From contig NC_086097.1 in the NCBI RefSeq assembly GCF_963921235.1, positions 241,740,001-241,804,000 of the forward strand: DNA of 64,000 bases. Direction: 5' to 3'. The notes under the pieces were generated by a model. That model saw only the letters and a program-made list of their open reading frames with translations, made no database searches and was not told the origin of the DNA. Below are positions 35,338-48,295 of the stretch, piece by piece. The number at the start of each line of letters is the position of its first letter. The first letter of the stretch is position 1. A program made the position numbers and the translations under genes. Source of the stretch: Mobula hypostoma. Its lineage: Eukaryota.

Positions 35338-35868
35338 AGCAACACACATTAAAGTTGCTGGTGAACGCAGCAGGCCAGGCAGCATCTCTAGGAAGAGGTG
35401 CAGTCGACGTTTCAGGCCGAGACCCTTCGTCAGGACTAACTGAAAGAAGAGCTAGTAAGAGATGGAGGGGGAGGGGGAGATCCAAAATGATAGGAGAAGA
35501 CAGGAGGGGGAGGGATGGAGCCAAGAGCTGGACAGGTGATTGGCAAAGGGGATATGAGAGAATCATGGGACAGGAGGCCCAGGGAGAAGGAAAGAGGGAG
35601 GGGGGAAGCCCGAAAGATGAGCAAGGGGTATAGTGAGAGGGACAGAGGGAGAAAAAGGAGAGAGCGAAAAAGAATATATATAAAAAATAAATAAATAACA
35701 GATGGGGTACGAGGGGGAGGTGGGGCATTAACGGAAGTTAGAGAAGTCAATGTTCATGCCATCAGGTTGGAGGCTACCCAGATGGAATATAAGGTGTTGT
35801 GCTGCTTGCACCAGCAACTTTTATGCATGTTGCTTGAAATTCCAGCATCTGCAGATTTCCTCGTGTTT
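35338..35868 (-). mobile_element. Penelope-like element: truncated terminal repeat plus a short inverted tail, 13-bp TSD
   Basis: Near-identical to 62000-62490; TSD gagttacattata at 35325-35337 and 35869-35881. Confidence 0.9.
35401..35437 (-). ncRNA. Minimal type I hammerhead ribozyme motif (Penelope-associated)
   Basis: Minus strand reads agtc-CUGACGA-agggucucggccu-GAAA-CGUC-gacu: stem I aguc/gacu, conserved core, stem II, palindromic ACGU stem III, GUC cleavage triplet. Confidence 0.78.
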
Positions 35869-36619
35869 GAGTTACATTATATATGTCTATTAAATAGTTA
35901 AATTAAAATTAGTGCAAAAATAACAGAAATAAAAACGTAGTGATGTAATGTTCATGGGTTTAATGCCCATTTAGAAATCAGATGGCAGAGGGGAAGAAGC
36001 TGTTCCTAAATCGCTGAGTGTGTGCTGTGAGGCTTTTGCACCTCCCGCCCAATGGTAGCAGATTAAAGGGGGCTTGCCCTGGGTGGTGGAGATCCTTAGT
36101 GATGGACACCGCCTTCCTAATGCTCTGCTGCTTGAACGTGTCTTGGATACTACAGAGGCTAGTACCCACAACGGAGCTAATGTTACAAGTTTCTGCAACT
36201 TACTTGATCTTGTGCAGTAACCACCACCCCCAATACCAGACGGCGATGCAGCCAGTCAGAATGCTCTCCACGGTACATTTGTTGAAGTTTTCAAGTGTTT
36301 TAGTTGACAAAGCAATAGACGACCCTTAGGCGAACATCATATTCAACTTGAGTGATTGCACTACTGATATTGTGTAGCATTAATTATGCTTTCAACTCCA
36401 TAAAAGAAAATGCCTCTGGGTCCTACAATGGACAATGGTTTTTATATTACAGGTATCATTATTTGGTGGGAGAAAAGTCAGTTTTCGACAGTACGTTTGC
36501 CAGGTGGGGCAGTAAGCTGATGATTTGAAGAACTCATCAGCTTTGTTTGAAATGGAAATTACTCTTGAGCCCTAGGAAAGCAAGAATAAATAGTATTATA
36601 GCTTTAGCTCACAAAATTA

Positions 36620-38340
36620 GTCATTAAAGACCCTCACCATCTGGGTGTCTTTTTTTTTACTACCGCTTCTTATTACCATTAGGAAGGAGGTACAGGAGCC
36701 TGAAGACCACAGTCGGTCTGTGTTGGTAGCAACTTCTTTAGCTTCATCCTGCTGAGCACCGGTGGGTGACACCCCTCCCACAAACCCCATCACCACCAGA
36801 GCTGTGTGCTCAGCCCACTATTGCTGATGTACGACTGCGCTAGATTCAGATCAAACTGAATCATCAAGCTGGTTTAATGGTTGCCTCATCAGCGTACGAA
36901 GTGGAGGGAGAGCAGCTGGAAGAATGGAGCAAGCACAAGCTTCCGAGTCTCGACATGGACAAGACAAAGGAGATGAGTGTGCACTTCACCCCTCGCTGCA
37001 CGTAAATGGATACTCTGTGAGGAGAGTTACAAGGACAAGTCTCCAGGAGAGCACATAGCAGATGATGTCAACTGGTCCCTCAACACAACCTCTTTAGTCA
37101 AGAAAGCTAGGTAGTGTCTCTACTTCCTGAGGAGACTGAGGTGAGTGAGGCTTCCCCCACTCTTCCCACCCCCATTCTGACCAATTTTTCCAGGAGCACC
37201 ATTAATGGTTTTTATAACCGGGAGTGGTAGTGGGGACAACCTATTAAATGCCCCCAGTGGCCTGCATCTCAAATAGCCTCTGACAATGAAGTCCAACTCC
37301 TGGTCTTCACATGTGGTTTAACCAAGTCCAGTGGAACCATTCCTACTGAGAGGAGAAGGGGTGAAGGCAGGTTTCTGCTGCCTTAAAACTAGTCACTTTG
37401 GGCAGATGGGGCTTGTCAAGCCATGGTTGGCAGCTCGTCTAGGAGAAAGGAAATCTCTGAACTCAAAACTCCACCGCCTTGTGGCTCTATCCACTCATGG
37501 AGAAGGCTTCAGGAGTAAACGCTAAAGAAAATTCCGGAGCTGGAGTCCCTAAGGCAGTCAGATATTGAGTTCAATGATGACCAGCAACTCTTGCGAAGCC
37601 ACTGGTGCCAAATTGTATCAGTCTCTGCCGTTCCTTTGGATCTATCAGCTGTGTAGAGAGGGGGAGCCTATTACATGGGCAACATCCATGGTCGACCAGA
37701 ACCAACAGGCAGCCATTAAGAGTGTCCTGACCAGCTGCATCACCATCTAGTATGGGAACTACAATTCAAGGCATCTGACTGCAAGACCCTACAAAGGATT
37801 GCAAGGACTGCAGAGATCATCAGGGTCTCTCTTCCACTCATCCAAGATATTTATCCGGAGCACTGCATATGCAGGGCCCTTAGCATTGTTAATGATCCCT
37901 CCCACTCGTTCAACAATCTTTTTGACCCTCTACATTGGGCAGGAGGTACCGTAGTATTAGGACAAGGGCTGTTGGGATGGGAAACAGCTTCTTCCCTAAG
38001 ACCAAGCAACTACTGAACTCCGTGCCACCACCCACATCTCAACTCATGAGAATGGTGTAGAGAGGGATAATAAATCAGCCATGATGGAATGGCAGAGCAG
38101 ACTTGGTGGGCGAGATAGTCTAATTCTAGTCCCATGTCTTATGGAAGTAGCAACTGGGTTATACTGTTTACTTTTTAGCTTGTGTTGTAAATGCACCTTA
38201 TTATTTGTTTAGTTATTTGTGGTAATGTTACTTAATGAGTTGTGTGTGGGTTAAACATACTGAGTCACGCACCTTGGTCTGAAGGAATGTTGTTTCATTT
38301 GGTGGTATACAGGTATACAGTTGAATGGCAATAAACTTCA
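36620..38340 (+). mobile_element. Highly decayed Rex1/Babar copy or copies, with an unrelated insert at about 37210-37690
   Basis: acaagacaaaggagatg (KTKEM), gagtgtcctgaccagctgcatcacc (SVLTSCIT), ggcaggaggtaccgtag, aacagcttcttccc. Confidence 0.7.
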
Positions 38341-38559
38341 ACGTGAACACTCAATGACACAAGAACAGCTTATTCCCCTGCCATTAGATTTCCGTGAATC
38401 CAAGAAGACTATCTCATTATTTCTTTTCTCTTTGCATAATTTATTTTGTAACTTGTAGCAACTTATCTGCACTGCTGCTGAAAACAGATTTCACATCATT
38501 TCGGAGAAACGGGGGACTCCAGAGAACACCACAACACTGAAGCAGGCCTTTTGGTCCAT

Positions 38560-39520
38560 CTAATCTGGAAGAAAATTCAAAAATCTGAGGTGCAAATGAA
38601 CTTGGGAGTGCTTATGTAGGATTCCCTAAGGGTTCGGGAGGTAAATGCAATGTTAGCATTCATTTTGAGAGGACTAGAATATAAAAGCAAGGCTGTAATG
38701 CTGAGGCTTTATAAGGAACTGGTGAGGTCTCATTTAGAGTAGCGTGAGCAGTTTCGGACCCCTTATTTAAGAAAGGATGTGCAGACAGAGTTCAAAGGAG
38801 GTTCACGAAAATGTCTCTGGGACTGAAAGGCTTACTATATGAGAAGTTGATGGCTCTGGGCCTGTACTTGCTGGGATTTAGAAGAACGGGGCAGGGGGTG
38901 AAGTCGACTCAGACCATGAGAGGCCTGCGTCGGACATTTTCGTGCCTTACAAGGCGCAGATTGGAAGTCTGTGTGGGGCGCTACTCCTTGCACAGACACT
39001 AGAGCAATGTGTGGTTAAGTGCCTTGCTCAAGGACACAAACACGCTGCCACAGCTGAGGCTTGAACTAGCGACCTTCAGATCACTAGACGAATGCCTTAA
39101 CCACTTGGCCATATGCCTAACACAAGGGGAGATTTTATTAAAACCTATTGAATGTTGAAAGGCCTAAATAGAGTGGATGTGGATAGGATGTTTCCTATAG
39201 TGAGGGATTCTCGGATCAGAGGGCACTACCTCAGAATAGAGGGACGTCCATTTAGAATGGAGAACGGAGATGAGGAGTAATTTCTTTAGTCAGACGGTGG
39301 TGAATCTGTGGAATTCATTGCCACAGGCAACTGTGGAGACCAGGGCATTGGGTGTATTTAAGGCGGAGGTCGATAGATTCTTGCTAAGTCAGGGTGTGAA
39401 AGGTTACGGGTAGAAGGCAGGAGAATGGTTTGAGAGGGAAATGTATCAGCCATCATCAAACTGCGAAGCAGACTCGACGGGCCAAATGGCCTAATTCTGA
39501 TCTTATGGTCTTATGATCCG
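38560..39520 (+). mobile_element. CR1 family C 3' fragment with a SINE insert
   Basis: gctttataaggaactggtgagg..; 3' end gcctaattctgatcttatggtcttatg. Confidence 0.85.
38900..39122 (-). mobile_element. tRNA-headed CORE-like SINE with an RTE-derived tail
   Basis: Head and core near-identical to 7475-7595; tail matches the 3' end of the RTE at 3706-3740. Confidence 0.85.
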
Positions 39521-41119
39521 TGCCAAACCATTAATCTGCCATTGACCTGCAGCCAGAGCATAACGTTCCACAAAATAGAGACCACCAAGAGGCTGGATCC
39601 TCCATTATTTTGCATAGTAGATTAACAAAACCTCTAATTTAAGATTTACCTGCTTCAGTAAGCTGAAATATGCGAGAAAATTGTATACAATTACCATAGG
39701 ATGTGAGAAATTCACAGATTTTACCTTTCAAGATTTCTGGTAGTTTTAAATTTGTTTATTATTGTGTTTATAAATGCATTTATTATGTATTTATTTCGAG
39801 ATACAGCACAATAACAGGCCCTTTCCAGCCCGGTGAACCTGTGCCACCCCTATTACTCCCACGTGACCAATTCATCTACCAACCAGTACGGCTTTGGAAC
39901 ATGGGAGGAAACAGAACACCCGGAGGAAACCCCATTACACAGCCAGTTTGAAATAATTACTCATCTCACGTGGATATGGATGTACAGTCCAGATATCACC
40001 ACGCTTTACCGGAAAACATGCACAATTTTACACAACTCTCTCTCACGATTCTTCCTCCAAATTTCATGAATTAACATGCCTGTTGCAATTATAATTTCCC
40101 TAATTTAAACTTGGAAACGGTAACCCAACACTTTTAATGAATACATTTTCATTCCTAGCTAGTCATAGATCTAAAGAAGTCTCTTAATAATTCATCCAAT
40201 CTAAGATTAAAACCAGAGAATAAGATTAAAGACTTTCTAGAAGTTTGATGCGTCTGGCGCCCATCATAAACTGCAGATTCAAGAGATGTTCTGCCAAAAA
40301 GATTTCCCTTCCACTGAAAGATGAAAGATCTCAACAAGATCCTCTTATCTTGAGTCCTTGGAGGTTAAAAAGAACCTGCATTATATTATATGGTCATGAG
40401 CACAATGCCAGATGTCAAAACACATCAATTTCAAGTTCCATAGCCAGTGACAATTATCATTACAGAGATAAGGGCTGCCTCTATATAGATCACCCTTATT
40501 TTTCAGCTTTTAACTATTCACAGATATTAAGAATTCTTTGTACTGCATTTGCATTCTAGAAAACTTTTTAAAACTGAGAGGACAGCTATTAAACCAAATT
40601 TGGCAGCAAGCCACATAAGGAGGTATCAGCGCAGATGACAGAAAACACCTAACCAGAAGAAAAGATCAGCTTTATTTGTGACATGTGTATCAAAACGCAC
40701 AGTGAAATGTGTCGTTTGTGTCACTGTGCTGGGGCTCACTCACAAGAGTTGCCACGCTTCCAGTGATGCCACGGAATGCTCAGTCACAGGGGTGCACAAA
40801 ATTTTGAGACATAGATTGAGTGGATAGCCAGAGATTTTCTCCCCCAGGGCAGAAACAGAGCAGGGAGGGGAGAGGGAGCACACATAATTTTAAGGTGATT
40901 GGAGGAAAGGATAGAGGTGATGTCAGAGGTAAGTGATGGGTATGTGGACTGTTCTGCCAGGAGTGGTGGTAGAGACATATACATATGGGGTTTTAAGAAA
41001 CCCTTATGGATGATGGAAAAATGTATGAAAAGGTTAAATCGATCTTAGAGTTGGTAATAAGTTGGCACAACAATTGGGCCAAAGGGCTTGTACTGTGCTG
41101 TACTGCTCTATATTCTTAA

Positions 41120-41285
41120 TAACCCTAACCCTGACCCATTTGGAATGTGGGAGCAAACCAGAGCACCTGGAGGGAACCCACGCGGTCACAGGAGAACGTA
41201 CAAACTCCTTATGGGCAGCAGCAGGAATTGAACATCGATCACAAAGCTGGTGCTGTAAAGTGGTAGGCTAGCCACTACACTACCC
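41120..41285 (-). mobile_element. V-SINE fragment
   Basis: tgtgggagcaaaccagagcacctggagggaacccacgc is the reverse complement of the V-domain. Confidence 0.75.
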
Positions 41286-42734
41286 AGTCACTATTAATGA
41301 AAGTCAACTTGGGAGGGAGCAGTAGAGGCAGGACTGAGGAAGGAAATGCAGAGTGTGGTGTCTTGGCACCTGAGTGGTGGAGCCATTATGAATAAGAGGG
41401 CACACAGTAATTAGAGAAATACAGGAGTCTTGGAACAGGGGTGGGGGGGGTGCAGGGCACGGGATGTGGAGAGGTTGTGATCAAGAAGGATCACGTTAGT
41501 GGCATGGTAGCATCATGGTTAGTGTAACAGCGCCGGTGACCTGGGGTCAATTTGGCCACTATCTGGACCAAGTATGTCCCTTCCCGGTGACCTCATGCGT
41601 CCTCTGGTTTCCTCCCAACATTCCAAAGACGTACCCATTGGTAGGTCGTGGACACGTTGTACAGGCACCAGTATTTGCTCAGTTTGTCTTCTTTTACAGA
41701 GTGATTGTCAGTCTGCTTGTAGTTTTTCATTGATTCTATTGTATTTTTGTTCTTCTGTGGATGCCTGCAAGAAAATGAATCTCAGCGCGGTATAAACACA
41801 CACTTCGAAAATAAACTTACTTCCAACTTTGATGTTGCAGGGGCATTGCTGGCGACATAGCCACAAGGTCCAAAACTTAATCCAGGTTCAAAAAATGATA
41901 CCAAGGCTGACAATAATCTGACACACTTCTGTCAGGGTGCCAAAATTACTTCAAACTGCAGAGGGAGGTTACGGGTACCGCTCTGACAGCTTGTTGTTTT
42001 GGACAGAGTCTTGTTCTCCCTGGCCAGCTCCTGCATTTTCCTGGTTGGTTTGCTCCTGGGCATGTTTTGATTGATTGAGAGGTAAAGTGCAAGCTGGCAT
42101 TGCCCATTACAGAATCCAGTTCCTACGTCAGGTAACTTTGGGATATTGACTCCCACTGACTCAGCTTAGGACCAGATGCTAAGATGGTGTGCCCAGATTT
42201 AGAAAACTGGGCAGCCTGTACTGATACTCTGTGGAGCATCCATTTTCTCATTTAAGTACTAGGTGTCCCTTCCTAGTTGGGAATACTGGCACCATTCCCC
42301 TCCCTCCTTCCTCACCCCCTACCCGCTTGTCATTCCTCCTCATCTTCCTTGCGCAGTGCAATGTTAGTTTCTCTGATAGCTGGTTGGGACACAGCCCTGC
42401 CCCAGCCAGTTGTCAAAGACAGACTTCTAGCCTCTAGGTACCAGCCAAACCAGCAATGATGCCAAGGACAAAACAAATGGCCATGAGTCAGGCTTCAGGC
42501 TTGTAGCTGCTGGTTCCTGAATGGGACAGTCTCTGCAAGGTGACCGAGAGACACGGGAGCAGAATTAGGCCATTCGGGCCATCGAATCAGCTCTCCAATT
42601 GTAAACTTCTGCTCATACAGTCAGGCAGTCTAGTAAATTAGTCACAGCAGAGGACTTGTGCGGGTATGCTTAGTGCACAAGTCTCTTAAAAGTAATACAC
42701 AGAAAGCAGAAAATCTCATCTCAGCACAAGTAGG

Positions 42735-43400
42735 GGGGGAGGAGAAGTCGGCGGCGCAACGCAGTGCGCGCGGCCGCTCCGAAATGATATCGTATTTGTT
42801 AAATAGGTACCGTGCACAATCCTGATTTGATGGAGACGGACGTGAGAAGCACGGAGGAACACCTGGAGAAACTTCTGAAATGCCTGCTTTGCTGCCGTTG
42901 CTACTGTGCGATTGAGAATCTCCGGAAAGGAAGGCCCCAAATCCTCGGCTTTGCCTATTGCCGGGGCTGGGGTCAAAGCGCTTAGCAGAGATGGTGCTCG
43001 GTTTCGGAGGGCTGGTTAGAGGCTCAAAGTTTTCAGACAGGCTCAAGAGTTGGACTGTGGTCGGGTGCTTCCAGGGTGTGGCATCGGCAAGTTTGCGGCG
43101 CTGGAAGCTCGTGGCAGGGAGAGTTTTTCTTCCTTCTACTGTCTGCGTGAGATGATGGGACTTTCGAGAGACTTTGAGACTTTTTTTTAACTGTGCCCAT
43201 GGTCTGTTCTTTATCAAATTATGGTATTGCTTTGCACTGTTGTAACTATATGTTATAATTATGTGGTTTTTGTCAGTTTTTTTAGTCTTGGTTTGTCTTG
43301 TGTTTCTGTGATATCATTCTGGAGGAACATTGTATCATTTCTTAATGCATGCATTACTAAATGACAATAAAAGAGGACTGTGTGTCCTCATAATCTCATC
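42735..43400 (+). mobile_element. Non-coding dispersed repeat (non-autonomous retroelement-like), copy 2
   Basis: See 33545-34170. Confidence 0.75.
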
Positions 43401-43877
43401 TCTCTGGAAACAAGGAAAACAATGCTCTTCTGCTAGAGTGGTGAATCTGTGGAATTCGTTGCCACAGGCAGCTGTGGTGGCCAAGTCACTGGGTATATTT
43501 AATGAAGAGGTTGATAAATTCTTGATTGGTCAGGGCATGAAGGGATAAGGGGAGAAGGCTGGAGATCGGGACAGAGGGAGAAATGGATCGGCCATGATGA
43601 AATGGCGGAGTAGCCTCGATGAGCCAAATGGCCTAATTCTGCTCCTATATCTTATGGTCTTATTAACCATTCATTTTAGTTACAGTCATAGAACAGACCC
43701 TTCGGCCCATCTAGTTTGTGCCGAACCATTAATCTGCCCAGTCTAATGGACCTATGCCCAACTATAGTCCTCCAAAACCCTCCCATCCATGGACCTACCC
43801 AAATATCTCTCAAATGTTGAAATCAACCCTGCATCCACCACTTGTGCTGGGAGTTTGCCCCACACTCTCACTACCCA

Positions 43878-46800
43878 CTGAACTGAATTGAATTAAATTG
43901 ACTTTATTTCTTCCATTCTTCACATACATGAGTAAAAATCTTTACATTGCGTCTCTGTCTAAATGGGCAATTTACAGTAATTTGTAATAAATAGTATGTA
44001 CAACAGGACAGTCAATATAGCTTAGAAATACAATTGTAATTAATCAGTCTGATGGCCTGGTGGAAGCAGCTGTCCCGGAGCCTGTTGGTCCTGGCTTTTA
44101 TGCTGCAGTACCATTTCCCGGATGGTAGCAGCTGGAATAGTTTGTGGTTGGGGTAACTCGGGTCCCCAATGATCCTATTAAAGCACCCATCTCTGTAAAT
44201 GTCCTGATAGTGGGAAGTTCACATCTAAAAATGCACTGAGCTGTCCACACCACTCTGCAGAATCCTGCGATTGAGGGAAGTATAGTTCCCATACCTGGCA
44301 GTAACCCCTATAGAAAGTCCTTAGGATTTGTGGACTCATGCCAAACTTCTTCAACCCTCAGGTGAAAGAGGTGCTTTTTTCGCCACACAGCTAGTATGTA
44401 CAGACCATGTGAAATCCTCCGTGATGTGTATGAGGAGGAACGTAAAGCTATTCACCCTCTCAACCCCAGATCCATTGATGTCAATAGGGATTAGCCTGTC
44501 TCCAATCCTTCTGTAATCCACAACCAGATCCTTTGTTTTTGCGACATTGAGAGAGAGGTTGTTTTCTTGACACCACTGTGTCAGGGTGATGACTTCTTCT
44601 CTGTAGGCAGCCTCGTTATTATTTGAGATAAGGCCAATCAATATAGTGCCGTCAGCAAATTTAATTAGCAGATTGGAGTTGTGTGTGGTGATACAGTCAT
44701 AGGTATACAAAGAGTAAAGGAAGGGGCTTAGGACACAACCCTGAGGGGCACCTGTGTTGAGGGTCAGAGGGGCAATGGTGAGAGAGCCCACACTTACCAC
44801 TTCCTGGCGATCTGACAGGAAGTCCAGGATCCAGCTACTCAAGGCAGGGTCAAGGTCGAGGTCTCTGAGCTTCTTGTCAAACCTGAAGGGAATTATGGTG
44901 TGGAATGCTGAACTGCAGTCCAAGAACAGCATTCTCACATAAGCATTCTTCTTCTCCAGATGTGTAAGGACAGCGTGTAGAGCTGTGGCTAATGCGCTAT
45001 CTGTCAATTGGTTGTATTGGTAGGCGAATTGTCGTGTGTCTAGTGTGGGTGGCAGCATGCTGCAGATGGGATCTTAACCAGCCTCTCAACGCATTTGCTT
45101 AATATTGAGGCAAGTGCGACAGGACGCCAGTCATTCAGACATGGTCTTTTTAGGTACAGGTACAATGGTGGATGTCTTGAAGCAAGAGGGCACTCTACCC
45201 TGGGGCAGGGAGAGATTAAAAATGTTTGTAAACACATCTGCCCGTTGTACACATCCTGAGTACCCGCCCTGGGAAGCTGTCCGGCCGAAATGCCTCCATA
45301 CTTCCACCTCAGAGATGACAAAAGTGCAGGTTTCTTTGGCGGCTCTCCTCAGGAGCTCAGTGTTGGTGACATCGAACTGAGCGTAAAAAAAGATTTAGCT
45401 CATCTGGGAGAGGGGCAACCATGTTGGCAGCATCACCGCGCTTAGCTTTGAAGTCATCCTTAAAATCTTGGCGATTGTAGGGATGACTTACAGTGGATTG
45501 AAAAGCATGAACATATAGATATTAAGGAGGACATGCTGAAGCTTTTGGAAAGCATCAAGTTGGATCAGTCATCGGGACCGGACGAGATGTACCCCAGGTT
45601 ACTGTGGGAGGCGAGGGAGGAGATCGTTGAGCCTCTGGCGATGATCTTTGCATCAACAATGGGGACGGGAGAGGTTCCGGAGGATTGGAAGGTTGTGGAT
45701 GTTGTTCCCTTATTCAAGAAAGGGAGTAGAGACAGCCCAGGAAATTATAGACCAGTGAGTCTTACTTCAGTGGTTGGTAAGTTGATGATGATGATCCTGA
45801 GAGGCAGGATTTATGAACATTTGGAGAGGTATAGTATGATTCGGAATAGTCAGCATGGCTTTGTCAAAGGCAGGTGTTGTGCCTTACGAGCCTGGTTGAA
45901 TTTTTTGAGGATGTGATGAAACAAATTGATGAAGAAAGAGCAGTAGATGTAGTGTATATGGATTTCAGCAAGGCATTTGATAAGCTACCCCATGCAAGGC
46001 TTATTGAGAAAGTAAGGAGGCATGGGGTCCAAGGAAACCTTGCTTTGTGGATCCAGAATTGGCTTGCCCACAGAAGGCAAAGAGTGGTTGTAGACAGGTC
46101 ATATTCTGCATGGAGGTCAACACCAGTGGTGTACCTCAGGGATCTGTTCTGGGACCCCTACTCTTCGTGATTTTTATAAGTGACCTGGATGAAGGAAGTG
46201 GAGGGATGGATTAGTAAACTTGCTGATGACACAAAAATTGGGGGTGTTGTGGATAGTGTGGAGGGCTGTCAGAGGTTACAGCGAGACATTGATAGGATGC
46301 AAAACTGGGCTGAGAAGTGGCAGATGGAGATCAACCCAGGTAAGTGTGAAGTGGTTCATTTTGGTAGATCAAATACGATGGCAGAATATAGTATTAATGG
46401 TAAGACTCTCAGCAGTGTGGAGGATCAGAGAGATCTTGAGGTCGAGTCTATAGGACGCTCAAAGCTGATGTGCAGGTTGACTCTGTGGTTAAGAAGGCAT
46501 ACGGTGCATTGGCCTTCATCAATCGTGGGATTGAGTTTAGGAGCCAAGAGGTAATGCTGAAGCTATGTAGGACCCTGGTCAGACCCTACTTGGTGTACTG
46601 TGCTCAGTTCTGGTCGCCTCACTATAGGAAGGATGCAGATACCATAGAAGGGTGTAGAGGAGATTTACAAGGATGTTGCCTGGATTGGGGAGCATGCCTT
46701 ATGAGAATGGATTGAGTGAACTCGGCCTTTTCTCCTTGGAGCAACGGAGGATGAGAAGTGACCTGACAGAGGTGTATAAAATGATGGTAGGCATTGATCA

Positions 46801-48295
46801 TGTGGATAGTCAGAGGCTTTTTCCTAGGGCTGAAATGGCTATCACAAGAGGGCACAGTTTTAAGGTGCTTGGAATTAGGTACAGAGGAGATGTCAAGGGT
46901 AAGTTTCTTTTTACGCAGAGAGTGGTGAGTGCGTGGAATGGGCTGCCGGCAATGGTAGTGGAGGCGAATACGATTGGGTCGTTTAAGAGACTCCTGGATA
47001 GGTACATGAAGCTTAGAAAAATAGAGGGCAATGGGTAACCCTAGGTATTTTCTCAGGTAAGGACACGTACGGCACAGCTTTGTGGGCTGAATGGCCTGTA
47101 TTGTGCTATAGGTTTTCTATGTTTCTATGTCTGTGACAGTGTGCAGGCCTTGCCATAAGCTGTGTGTGTTGTTGGTGGAGAGTTATTTCTGGATTTTCTC
47201 ACTGTATTGTCATTCCACTGCCTTGATGACTTCGTGAAAATCGTAGCTGCATTTCTTGAGTTCTTGTTGGTTACTGGCAATGTAAGCTCTGCCTTGCGCA
47301 GTAAGTGCTGCTCGCACGGAACTGTTGATCCAGTGTTTCCGGTTTCTGGGGGACAATATCCTCGATGCGCTTCCGGATGAAGCTCGTCACCCCATCCGTG
47401 AACTCAAGGACATCCTCATCATGAAAGACGTTCCAGTTGCCGTCATCAAAGCAGTCCTGCAGCATGGAGACCGATTGGTCGGACCAACAGTGGACAGTTT
47501 TAACTATGGCCACCTCTTGTTTCAGCTTCTGCCTGTACATTGGCAGAAGCAAGATGGAGGAGTGATCCAACTTTCCAAAAGGCAGACGGAGGAGCACTTT
47601 GTAAACGCTGCGGAAGGGAGAGAGTGGCAGTGGTCCAGTATGCTGTCTCCATGAGTCCTCACTTGGAAGTGTTGACAAAACTTCGGAGAGATCTTAGACT
47701 CTATTAAAATCTCCGGTGACGATGAAGGCAGCCTCTGGGTGTCCAGTCTCCAGAGTGCTGATGGTCTCAAACAGTTCCTTGAGAGCCAGATCAGTATCAG
47801 CCTGCAGAGGAATATACACGGCTGTGATAGTAACAGCCGTGAACTCCCTAGGCAGCCAGAAAGATCTACACAGCAGCACAAGGCACTCCAGATCCGGGAA
47901 ACAAAAGGATTTGAGGATATGCACATTCTGGGGGCCATACAAAGCATAATTGACCATGAAGCATACCCCACCTCCTCTACTCTTCCCAGAGAGGCTTTTT
48001 GACTTGTCTGCCCGGAACAGGGAGAACTCAGGACTCGGTGTTGTGATCCGGTATCTCATCCGTCAGCCAGGTCTCCACAAAGCACAAAACATTACATTCC
48101 TTTGTTTCCCATTGGCAGAAGATTCTGGTTTTCAGTTCACACAACTTGTTCTCCAGGGACTGAAGTATGCTAGGGAGCGGCGGCCAATTAGCACGCCATA
48201 TTAACCTCACCAGGATGCCGGCCTTTCTCCCTCGCCTCCTACACCGCTTCTGAGGTAGCAGCGGGATAATAAATGGGTCTTCCGTGGATCTCATA
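43878..48295 (-). mobile_element. Near-full-length decayed Rex1/Babar LINE (APE plus RT), split by CR1-A
   Basis: LPSIL..LENK..CNVLCFVETWL, GGGVCFMVN, IVTGDFN, GKLDHSSILLLP (APE); [36 protein letters not shown] (RT); (TTCAA/TTCAG)n tail. Confidence 0.93.
45460..47129 (+). mobile_element. CR1 family A, 5'-truncated (RT domain to tail)
   Basis: SSGPDEMYPRLL, NYRPVSLTSVVGK, YMDFSKAFDK, LADDTK; (TTCTATGT)n tail. Confidence 0.95.

Larger units (their letters stand above)
35220..36310 (-). mobile_element. Rex1/Babar 3' fragment hosting a Penelope insertion
   Basis: cagaatcaaaatcagg tail; KAVSITKDLHHPG..LLPLGGR..RFRNSFFPSAI. Confidence 0.85.

Noticed and set aside
35333..35750. Proline/serine-rich ORFs here and at 61986-62415
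   Set aside because: Translations of the low-complexity purine/pyrimidine-skewed Penelope terminal repeat.
42642..43217. 191-aa minus-strand ORF
   Set aside because: Antisense to the non-coding repeat family; the second copy (33545-34170) does not keep a continuous equivalent frame.
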